Part shown: positions 11,136 through 19,786 of the stretch, in pieces | How positions within the stretch are numbered: the first letter of the stretch is position 1 | Layout of the letters: every line of letters begins with the position of its first letter | Assembly (NCBI GenBank): GCA_000002445.1 | Contig: CP000066.1 | Coordinates: 640,001-704,000 of the forward strand | Source of the DNA: Trypanosoma brucei | Taxonomy: Eukaryota | Reading direction: 5' to 3' | DNA length: 64,000 bases | Program-made: the position numbers and the translations under genes | The notes under the pieces: generated by a model | Seen by the model: only the letters and a program-made list of their open reading frames with translations | What the model was told of the DNA's origin: nothing | Databases searched by the model: none

Positions 11136-11149
11136 AAAAAAAAAAAAAA
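11136..11149 (+). repeat. A14 homopolymer (T14 on the gene strand).
   Basis: Direct reading of 11136-11149. Confidence 0.95.
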
Positions 11150-12275
11150 GCATCTTAGTCTACCACTGAACCCGCGGCAACTTGTTCTGACAAAAACTGA
11201 CCGTGGTGTGTTTCCCGCCATTTATTAGGGGAAAATGTCACGCGAAACCAAAGTAAAGAGGGCAGAAATAACTACTCACCAACCTCTGACCTGCTGAAAA
11301 ATGGTGAGGGACAGAGAATGTAGTTGGATTACTCAGCCAGGGATAACTTGTATTTGTGCTCGCGTCATGTGTTTCAGACTAGAGGTGTCATTTGCACAGA
11401 TAGATTCACATCATTGTTCCAACAGAAAGAGTAAATAAGGGGTGACGAATGATAGGGTGCGAAGGAAGGAATAAATAACTCAGAACCAAACGAAGTATAA
11501 GTTTCGTCAAGACATTTCGTACGACAAGAGTGAAACGTTATAGTCATCAGTGGCTTCATTTGTGGTAGCGGTGGTGCCGATCACTTGTGAGCCCGCCGGT
11601 AGGATGAAGGGTCTTCCACTGAACAATAACATGGCGGCGCGCTTTTCCACACCCAACTTTGTTAGGTCACACACACACGAAACAAATCCAACTGAATGTT
11701 CCATTGCTAAGGGTACAGTAGCAAAATGGGAGGAAATAAGTGCATAATCTGCTGAAGCGCACTACCAGTCCCTGGAATGAAGGTGATTACAGATAACTAA
11801 CTTCAACATACTCGAGCATTCTTTCAGCCATTCGAGCGGCCAATAAGGGAACCGTTGCACTTCCTTCCTTTCCTCCTCCTTCCCCCTATAAATATCGCAC
11901 TGGTAGCGCCCACGGGGATGCCTCACCGTCCCTAGGCGCTGCGGCGTCCCATGAACAATATCATGAACGGTTAAACAAAAACAGAAGTAAAAAAGTGAAC
12001 TTTTTGAATACTGGTGGAGGAAGAGGAAATAACAAGTATTTATGCACGACACAAAAATGATATTGGTACAAGGTTGAAAGCAAAGTGCTTTGGAGACCCA
12101 TCGTTGGGGCGAGGAATTTCTCACCACTCCCATTCAATGTGCACGAATAAACTCCCGCCTGCTCCACACCTTTGTACGCTCATTATCTCGTTCACCTTCT
12201 CTCACATCATCATCATTCCTTTATCATCTCCCTTCATTTATGCTTGCACGACAGCAGAGGTGTCATCCCGCAGAG

Positions 12276-12310
12276 ACACACATACACATACACACACGCA
12301 CACGTATACA
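12276..12310. repeat. Imperfect (CA)n-rich simple repeat just 3' of the helicase stop.
   Basis: Direct reading: acacacatacacatacacacacgcacacgtataca. Confidence 0.85.
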
Positions 12311-12521
12311 AATATCATCTTCAGCATGCGACGGCCAACACAGTTCAGTGGGAGTGAGGAAGACGCTAATCACATTCCCTCCATTTATTCCCCCTTGTCT
12401 TTCTCCCTCAGTTTCCCCTTGCGTATTTCCCTCGTCTACTCTCGTCGCTCCCCAACTTCCATGACTAGTCAATAAAAATAGATAAAATTAAAACAAAAAC
12501 AAAAACAAGACCGACAAACCC

Positions 12522-15500
12522 TCACTTCTGCTCATTTCGCTTTGCAGCGAGCTCGCTCACCCATTTCGCCTTTTTGGCGGCGTACTTTTCCTCGGCAAAT
12601 CGCTTCTGTATTTGCAGCTGAAGTGAATTTAACCGCTCGGCTACTTTCAGCAACCTCGGAGCTCCCGCACTGTAACCTTCCTCCTGTGCTGTAAAAGATT
12701 CATCAGGCATAATGGCTGTTAGAATGCTGGCGGCCGGTAAGTGAGCCTTCCGCACCAGTCCAGCCAAATTGGAAATGAGTTTTTCGGCTCTGTTGAGCAC
12801 CGAGTAGGAAAGAGACTGTGAGAGCCCATTGAGTTCCTCCAGCATCGTGAAGCGGTAGTTCTTCCGAGTGGTGTCAATCTGCGCTTTAACGCGGAGGAAA
12901 TCAGCGAGACAGGCGTTGATGAGAACCTGCGCTCCATCATGACGCCATCCGTCTGATACATCGAGAACGGGAAGCAGACGACGGTCGCAGAAGAGATCGT
13001 CGCGGAGAGAAAAGACAACTTCATCAACAGAAGTGAAGACGTCACCGCAACCACTGATGGCCACAAACGGGTGACGAGCCTTAAACTGAACGGCAGATTC
13101 CTTGAGCGCATCCATTAGTGGGAAATCACCGGCGCCGTTGCCAAATATAAGTTGGTCGCCACCCGTTTCCACGTATGGCAAGCGGGGACCTTCACTCGAT
13201 TCCTCCTCTTCCTCCTCTTCCTGCTCCTTTCCCTTCTCTTCTTTCTCCTTCTTCTCGTCCAACCTTGACGCCAATTGGTTGTAGAAGGCAGAAAGCAGAG
13301 CAAAGAACTCTGTGTTATCAAAAGGACGTACGGAGGGGGAGCAAACATCAACGGGCGACAGTACGACACGATGTTGTGTGGCATTTGTTTTGCCCTCCCA
13401 CACCACGCTTACAGCCGGGTCAAGTAAAGCGGAACGATGAATTTCCAGCGGTACACCACATGTTTGGTGGAATGAGAAGAGATAGGCAAGCAGTTCGGCA
13501 ATAGGTTCATCCGTAACACCGCTGTGTAGCTCCTTATCGAGAGCAGGTGGATAGTGAGCCTCATGGAAAACTCCAGAGGTCAGCATGCGAATAAAGGCGA
13601 ATCCCTCATTACCCACATGGGCCTCCCTGAAAACGTACATGACATCTTGCAACAAGGAACCCAATGAAGAGGGGCGGTCCCGAAAGTGGAGTCCTTGCTT
13701 CTGCAGGAATACAAGGAGCATTTGCAGGTACTCTATGGTGAATCCCTCCATGTTACTTTGTGCAAATGCCTCCCGGCGTTGGAAAAAGAGCGGATTAACA
13801 AACAGCCTCTCGGCCAACTTCTTAACGTGCTGCTTCCATGCGTCCTCGTGCTTCAACGATCTGTGCGTGTTATAATCATATAACTGAAGTAGTCGCAACT
13901 GTGATATGGGGTCCATCTGCACATTCCCCTTAATCACCGTCATGCCGCTCGTCATAAGCCGCTTAATGCGTTGCATGGTAATCCCTAGGAAAATCAAGTG
14001 GCCGAGGTGATCGAGACCACGACGACCCGCACGACCCATCATTTGACGGAACTGCGTCGGATTTAACAGGATGTGATCACCGGCGAGTACAACAGAACGA
14101 CACGGGCTGTGAATGCCCAGCGCCAATGTTTCCGTGGAGAAAATAACACCGCAGTGGCGGCCTCGGAACAGCCTTTCCACGTGACCACGAAGTTTACCCT
14201 TCACACCGGCATGATGCATCCCAATACCCCGCTTTAAAGCGCGAAGAAGGAGGTCCTCCCCCTCACCTTCGCAGTCCTTTATTAGTTCCTTTACGACATC
14301 GGGTTCCACGCTGCACCCCGCCCCAATGAAAGTGAACTCGGGAAGAATATCTGGGACTTCGCAGACCTCCCCCTCATCTTCTTCACCTTCGTCCACATCA
14401 CGCTCGGCCCTCTCCACCTCACCATCCTCATTAGTCCTGAGGCGCTTTTGCTTCAGCGTGGACTCGCGTTGTTTGTGCCTCGCCTCCCGCTCCGCGGCCG
14501 CGCGCTCCACCTTGGCTTTGTAGAGGGCGAATTCCTCAGTTTGCCGGTAGCGCTCCTCTGCCTCTTCCAGCTGCTCCACAACGTACTTCACCAAGTCTTC
14601 ACAGTCTTCGGACTCGAAGCTGAACACAATAGCTGGGCCCATGTCCCTAGCGGAAATCTCGCGCAACACATTCAAACTTTGCTCTCGAATAAATTGCCTT
14701 GATCCCGGAAAAGCCGCCTCCGGCACCGCCTCATCTGACTCTTGCTCACTTCTACCCTCAGTGTTGGTCCTGCTTTGTTGTTGTGCGCGCTTCCTCTCCA
14801 TAGCTGCAACAGCATAGCTACCGAGCGCCGCCTCCTTCTCGTTCAACTTTTGCGCAAAGGCTGCAAGGATGGTCTCCGTTGCATGTTTCATCGTGGAGTT
14901 GAACTCTTTCACCTGTTCATCGGAGGAAATATCCGGCTTCTTCACGCTACTGTTGCTTAGCAGAACCCACTGAGCGAAGGCGTCCTTTACTTCCCGTTCA
15001 TACAGACGTGCACGCTGCTGGGTAATATACAAGTCCGCTTCAAAGTATCTCCCTGGCTCAAGGAGCTTGAGCTTCGACTGCAGCATCTGAACCCGCGGTA
15101 TCGAAGACAACTTCGGCCAAATGATGTTATCGAAGGCGGTTCGCATTTCCCCAAATAATGATACCACCTCACTGGGGACAAGGGTAATGTCAGGAGGGAA
15201 TCCCCGCTGGAGTTGGTCCGTTGTGAGGATGGACAAGGGATGTAAGTCGTGGATGTAGCGGTTCTCATATGTGGTAGTGAGTTTCTTCAAAGACGTACGC
15301 GTATCGGGAGGGGGAAGATAAATGTACTTCTTTATGTCATTCCATCGCTGAATGGTTTGGCCCTCCGATGGAAGCACGTGTACCCTATAGTCACGTGCCT
15401 TAGCGGGTGTGTCAACTGCCTGCTCCTTCAGCCGAGATTGCACGCGATTAAGCCACCCACACAGTTGCTGAGTTTCTCCCAGCGTGGCTGAAAGCGCAAC

Positions 15501-18500
15501 GAAAGGGCAGGGCAGAAGGGCAAGAATGCGTTCCCACACGTCACCATTGCCATTGCTCTCCATGGAGTGAATCTCATCGAGAATTACGTAATCGATAAGG
15601 TCAACCCATTCAGCGTACTTGGGTGAAAGCAACATGGTTTCAAATGTCTCGGGCACAGTCAGAAGTACTTGGCAGGAATCGTGGAACTGATGGTAGTCGG
15701 CCCCACCAAGAACACCATAAATATATTTACCACTATTTTTGTACTCTTTGGACCCATAGCGAGCGCAGACATCGGCCACCGCTTGATTAATCAACGCACG
15801 GGCGGGAGCAAGGTACACAACAATCCGCCTGTTGGAGCGGCGAAGAGTGTTATACATGCAGTAATACGAAACAAACGTTTTCCCAGCTGAAGTTGGGGCA
15901 CACACTACAGCACTCCCGCGATTGTCCACGATGTCAAGGAGCTCTCGCTGCCAACTGTCTGGGTTGAAGGCAACGCGGTAATCGGGTCTTCGAATGACCG
16001 GCCGCTCAAGCAGGTGTCCCATGTGAATGAGTTGCATCATTTCTGGTGTGTCGGTCAGTTGCCGCATCCGCGGGAGCATCGTTGGCCCTAACAAACTCGG
16101 TGCCTTATTTTGCCACTGAGTGATGGCACGGTCCAGCTTGCTGTAGTAATCTTCCCCAAAGTCCAGGTGCCTCAGAGCGGAGCGTACCGTGTCAAGGTCC
16201 TCTTGCGATATTTGCAGACCCTCGTTTTGGACCACCGACAAGACGTGATGGTGGCAATAAAGAAACAGCGGAATGGCTACCGATAGATCCGGTGTTTCCT
16301 TGGCCAAACGGGCACGCTCCCGCTCACTACGCCAGTTTTCGAGACGAAGTTTAACTACGAAGCATTTGATTTTCATCTGGATGTGCAGTTCCACGTAGGA
16401 CAGATACACCCACCGCAGGTACGACGCAGCTTCCGCGCTTGTTATATCCGACTTGAACTTCCGCAGCCCCTCCAGTTCTCCCCATTCTGTGCTCTTATCA
16501 CTTATGGTGGCGACGAGGTTATCAATGACTGTAAAACCGTATGGCACAGCAGTCTCCGTCTTCAAGCCCTTTTTCTTGACAGCGCGGTTCTTTGCCGAGG
16601 GATCTTCAAGCGTGAGCGCAAACTCCGCCTCACGGAGCCCACTGGAAGCCACAAGCAGGCGCCACATGGAAATCTTTAACGAAATATCGCTACCTTCACT
16701 CTTTCCAATCGTGCGATCGGGCTCGAAACCTTTGGTGAACTTTGCCTCCGCGAGTCGCTTGACTGCAGCCAAAAGTTTCTTCACAGCGTCATCACGATCT
16801 TTGTTGGTCGTACGTCCGTGCGTTGGGTCGATGCTGCGGAGGTGATCGTCCATTTGCTTCAACCAACTCTGAATGCTACTTGCGGCGTCTTTCAAATTCT
16901 TCTGCTCACGAATTTCATCATCCTTGCTACGCCCCTTCTTATTACGCTGTCCCTCGTGCTCATTATTCCCCTTTTTCTTCTTCGCGGCCGCACCCTTACC
17001 ACACCCTCCTGCACCTCCTGATCCAGCGGCGTCAGTGCTTTCTTGCTCATTATCCGAGCAAACCAAAGTTAGTGGTTGGGCGGCGAAACCACTTATTCCC
17101 ATGGACTGCGCCTGCTGGAAGGCGTTACGGACGAACTTCGTCTGAAACTCCTGCGCATGTCTTGCTTCCTTCTCAGTCATGTGAATCTTTGCCTCACGCT
17201 CCCCATCAGCATCAGTAACGTCGTTGAACTTGTCGAAAGGAGTGGTTATATCCCACCCAATAAGCTCATTGGCGGCGCCGTAGCCATCGGGTATCGGCCG
17301 CTTTGCCTTGTGTCCCTCCACCTTGAAGGTTTTGGCCAGGTGCTCTACTAACTCGTGTTTAAGGTACGGATATTCCTGAAGCTGCACAGGTTGAGGCTGA
17401 GCTAGCTCAGGGAGGCTCCTAAACGGTGTCGAGGTAATGTCAAGTGTGTCGTCGTCCATAAGATACTGCCAAGTCATGGAGATGTCCCCTACACCGTCTT
17501 CATCCAACAAATGGCTTGGCGCTTCTTCGCGTAGCAATCGCGCAACGGCGTAGAGGAGATGTCCGTCGATAATGTCGAATACCTGACCGCCTCCGTTGTC
17601 GCAGCCAGCGTGTCGAAGTGCGCTAAGGAGAAATGGTGAGATATCCGCAATAAAGTTTTGGAGCACGGCGCTGGGTAATGCCGCCTGGGCCCTGGCCTCG
17701 CAGCTCAGTATTCCCACAATGTAAGCCGTTATAACAAGGGCCTGACAAAGCTGCTGCTCTTGTTCGCTTCGTTCCTTCATGGTTAGATAGGTGCGTACTG
17801 CCGAACAGACAATCTTCTCACGGAATGTCAGGTCCTCGTTCAGCACGTTCAATGATTTTTGGGACAATGTGGGCAACGTCACTTCACGTTCGAGTGATTG
17901 AGCCAACGCGCGCACCTCCGGCTCGATTCCCAGCGAGCGCTCAAGGGTTGAGCCGTCCACGCCCATGGTGAAGACGATCATAGAGTTCTCCCTGTAGATG
18001 ACACGAGACGAGTACGCGACTTTGAGGCGGCGGGAGGCTGCCCAAAGCAGCAGACATCGAATATACATAGCCGCATCATTTCCTATTTCCTCGTCCTCAA
18101 CGATGCTCCTGTACGGCCGACGTGCAGGCACAGCGACGGCACCGCTGGAGTTGACACCTGAGGATGCATTAGTTGTTTCAACCTCCGGATTGACAAAAAA
18201 CTCTTGCAGCGGGTTCAAGGAACCCAGTTGCTCACCGTCAGACATGAAGATAAACTCCGGCTCCCACTCTTTCAGGTAGGTCTCAAAGGCCTCACTATGG
18301 AAACTTGGAAAGGTACGCACGGTGAAGCGGGAGCCGCCTGGGCACTCGCTCGCGGCTGTCAGTGCCAGTCGTAAGTTTTCCCTCATCAGCATTTTCGCAG
18401 GGGCTCGTTCCCACATCCACAACATACTATCGAAGAAAACAATGTGGAATCGGGCCCCGCGGCACTCCATATCGAAGAGCAGCTTTTGTGCATTGTACAT

Positions 18501-19034
18501 GACATGTAATGGCTGTATGAGGTCCCAGTCTACATTTGGTGGTGAGAGGGCAGACATGAACAAGGAATCACCGTCTATAAAAAACATCTCCGTTGCGGCA
18601 AGATGTGCGAACATGTCACAGAGTTCGGGCCGTGCAGTGGCGTAATGGTGCTCCACCGCCGTACGCAGCAGCTCTTCTTCAATCACAGCTCGCATCTTCC
18701 CATCCTTCTGGACGGCAGCAACAAGGAACTTCCACGCATTGCGTTCCTCTTCCTCGTGCTTCAGGGTGCCGACAATTCCACCGGCTGGTGGCTTCCCTCC
18801 GTTTCGGAACGCGGATAACACGGCGTCACATACGCGACTTAATGCGCTGCGGCGACGTGCAACTTGAGCGATTTTCCCCTCATATGAGGCATCAGCCTCT
18901 TCCTGAATCGGAATGTTTTTGGCTTCGAAAATGGCCTGTAGGGCCCCTACGGTATCCATAGGAATTTTTAAAAAATCATCATCCTTGAGACAGTTACCGA
19001 ACAGCAGGTTAAGATCCCGTTGCTGAGTAGCCAT
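12522..19034 (-). CDS. Giant (2170 aa) superfamily-2 DExH-box helicase of the Ski2-like / DDX60-like type, with a ~1000-aa N-terminal extension.
   Basis: True ATG at 19034. Ordered helicase motifs: I VVCAPTSAGKTF, Ia VVYLAPARALINQ, Ib LLTVPETFE, II VILDEIHSME, III LSATLG, V FSTETLALGIHSP, VI QMMGRAGRRGLD. An acidic insert (EGEEDEGE) sits between the RecA lobes. Confidence 0.9.
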   Translation of the reverse strand: MATQQRDLNLLFGNCLKDDDFLKIPMDTVGALQAIFEAKNIPIQEEADASYEGKIAQVARRRSALSRVCDAVLSAFRNGGKPPAGGIVGTLKHEEEERNAWKFLVAAVQKDGKMRAVIEEELLRTAVEHHYATARPELCDMFAHLAATEMFFIDGDSLFMSALSPPNVDWDLIQPLHVMYNAQKLLFDMECRGARFHIVFFDSMLWMWERAPAKMLMRENLRLALTAASECPGGSRFTVRTFPSFHSEAFETYLKEWEPEFIFMSDGEQLGSLNPLQEFFVNPEVETTNASSGVNSSGAVAVPARRPYRSIVEDEEIGNDAAMYIRCLLLWAASRRLKVAYSSRVIYRENSMIVFTMGVDGSTLERSLGIEPEVRALAQSLEREVTLPTLSQKSLNVLNEDLTFREKIVCSAVRTYLTMKERSEQEQQLCQALVITAYIVGILSCEARAQAALPSAVLQNFIADISPFLLSALRHAGCDNGGGQVFDIIDGHLLYAVARLLREEAPSHLLDEDGVGDISMTWQYLMDDDTLDITSTPFRSLPELAQPQPVQLQEYPYLKHELVEHLAKTFKVEGHKAKRPIPDGYGAANELIGWDITTPFDKFNDVTDADGEREAKIHMTEKEARHAQEFQTKFVRNAFQQAQSMGISGFAAQPLTLVCSDNEQESTDAAGSGGAGGCGKGAAAKKKKGNNEHEGQRNKKGRSKDDEIREQKNLKDAASSIQSWLKQMDDHLRSIDPTHGRTTNKDRDDAVKKLLAAVKRLAEAKFTKGFEPDRTIGKSEGSDISLKISMWRLLVASSGLREAEFALTLEDPSAKNRAVKKKGLKTETAVPYGFTVIDNLVATISDKSTEWGELEGLRKFKSDITSAEAASYLRWVYLSYVELHIQMKIKCFVVKLRLENWRSERERARLAKETPDLSVAIPLFLYCHHHVLSVVQNEGLQISQEDLDTVRSALRHLDFGEDYYSKLDRAITQWQNKAPSLLGPTMLPRMRQLTDTPEMMQLIHMGHLLERPVIRRPDYRVAFNPDSWQRELLDIVDNRGSAVVCAPTSAGKTFVSYYCMYNTLRRSNRRIVVYLAPARALINQAVADVCARYGSKEYKNSGKYIYGVLGGADYHQFHDSCQVLLTVPETFETMLLSPKYAEWVDLIDYVILDEIHSMESNGNGDVWERILALLPCPFVALSATLGETQQLCGWLNRVQSRLKEQAVDTPAKARDYRVHVLPSEGQTIQRWNDIKKYIYLPPPDTRTSLKKLTTTYENRYIHDLHPLSILTTDQLQRGFPPDITLVPSEVVSLFGEMRTAFDNIIWPKLSSIPRVQMLQSKLKLLEPGRYFEADLYITQQRARLYEREVKDAFAQWVLLSNSSVKKPDISSDEQVKEFNSTMKHATETILAAFAQKLNEKEAALGSYAVAAMERKRAQQQSRTNTEGRSEQESDEAVPEAAFPGSRQFIREQSLNVLREISARDMGPAIVFSFESEDCEDLVKYVVEQLEEAEERYRQTEEFALYKAKVERAAAEREARHKQRESTLKQKRLRTNEDGEVERAERDVDEGEEDEGEVCEVPDILPEFTFIGAGCSVEPDVVKELIKDCEGEGEDLLLRALKRGIGMHHAGVKGKLRGHVERLFRGRHCGVIFSTETLALGIHSPCRSVVLAGDHILLNPTQFRQMMGRAGRRGLDHLGHLIFLGITMQRIKRLMTSGMTVIKGNVQMDPISQLRLLQLYDYNTHRSLKHEDAWKQHVKKLAERLFVNPLFFQRREAFAQSNMEGFTIEYLQMLLVFLQKQGLHFRDRPSSLGSLLQDVMYVFREAHVGNEGFAFIRMLTSGVFHEAHYPPALDKELHSGVTDEPIAELLAYLFSFHQTCGVPLEIHRSALLDPAVSVVWEGKTNATQHRVVLSPVDVCSPSVRPFDNTEFFALLSAFYNQLASRLDEKKEKEEKGKEQEEEEEEESSEGPRLPYVETGGDQLIFGNGAGDFPLMDALKESAVQFKARHPFVAISGCGDVFTSVDEVVFSLRDDLFCDRRLLPVLDVSDGWRHDGAQVLINACLADFLRVKAQIDTTRKNYRFTMLEELNGLSQSLSYSVLNRAEKLISNLAGLVRKAHLPAASILTAIMPDESFTAQEEGYSAGAPRLLKVAERLNSLQLQIQKRFAEEKYAAKKAKWVSELAAKRNEQK

Positions 19035-19440
19035 GCACTGCCTTACTCACCTTTCACCTTCTTTCAGTTCCCTTTTTCTCCTTCCCTGAATTTTACCCTT
19101 TTCTCTTGTTCGCTATATAAAAACTATAACCTGAGATTTCTCTTTTATATGCCTGCTTTTTGTTCTGCTTCTTAGGATCACTTAGTTAGTTTATTTTTTT
19201 TATTTTATTTTTGTTCTGTGCGTGTATTTCACCTTTGTTAGCTAAATTTCTGACAGATAATGTGAGCAGAAAGAAGGAAAAAGGATTAAGCACTACGTCC
19301 ATCTCATGGTATTACCGGCGCGCAACTTAAACATTCCGCATTTTTTATGCAAAGGAATTTCAAGTATGCCGTGGATAAGCAAACACACGAACACAGGGAA
19401 GGAGAGACCGTCGCAGCATACACAACTGCGTGCGAAATGC

Positions 19441-19500
19441 AAAGGAGCGGCAAGAAAAGAAAAATGAAACAACACCGACAAAAACAGAAGACGACAAACG
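19441..19500 (-). promoter_or_regulatory. Polypyrimidine tract: candidate trans-splice acceptor region for the helicase gene.
   Basis: The coding strand reads cgtttgtcgtcttctgtttttgtcggtgttgtttcatttttcttttcttgccgctcctttg, ~400 nt upstream of the ATG at 19034. Confidence 0.35.
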
Positions 19501-19786
19501 TCAACCATGGATTGGGTAGCCGCAATATTATAAAAAGTTATGGCCCTCACGCCTTCCTGCCGAGACAAGTGTGGATTTTCATCGCAGGTTGGAGGTCGAC
19601 TACGAAAGTCTCGTACGACACCACTGCAGCGTCGTTTGTCTCCCAGTGTGCCGCCAGTCCACCAAGCAGCAACAAAAAAAAAGACAGGGAGAGAGGAGGA
19701 AGAAAACGAAAAAAACAAAAAGGAAAGGAAAGGAACACGAGAGCCGTGATTCCAAAAGCAAAGTTAATATACACGCTTTTATTTTC

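Larger units (their letters stand above)
7950..12521. other. 4.5-kb ORF-poor, mixed-composition interval between the helicase stop and the 305-aa gene start. It presumably holds the helicase 3' UTR plus unannotated non-coding sequence.
   Basis: No ORF on either strand exceeds ~150 codons, and the longest ones start at non-ATG codons or are low complexity. The interval is about 3-10x longer than every other spacer in the window. Most of it is not simple purine/pyrimidine-tract sequence. Confidence 0.6.

Noticed and set aside
10590-11149. A possible ~0.5-kb RIME/SIDER-type retroposon ending in the A14 tract, with what I first took for the conserved ingi/RIME 5' signature around 10600-10700.
   Set aside because: I cannot reproduce the signature reliably from memory. 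I found no target-site duplication ('gcatctt..' is absent upstream) and no RT or ORF remnants. The A14 is kept only as a weak possibility in the findings.
11270-11650. U1-like 'actcacc' string at ~11274 and a possible tRNA or tRNA-Sec around 11590-11650 (a second GTTCAGTGG).
   Set aside because: There is no Sm site and no foldable cloverleaf. The anticodon-stem and T-arm complementarity are absent when read by eye.
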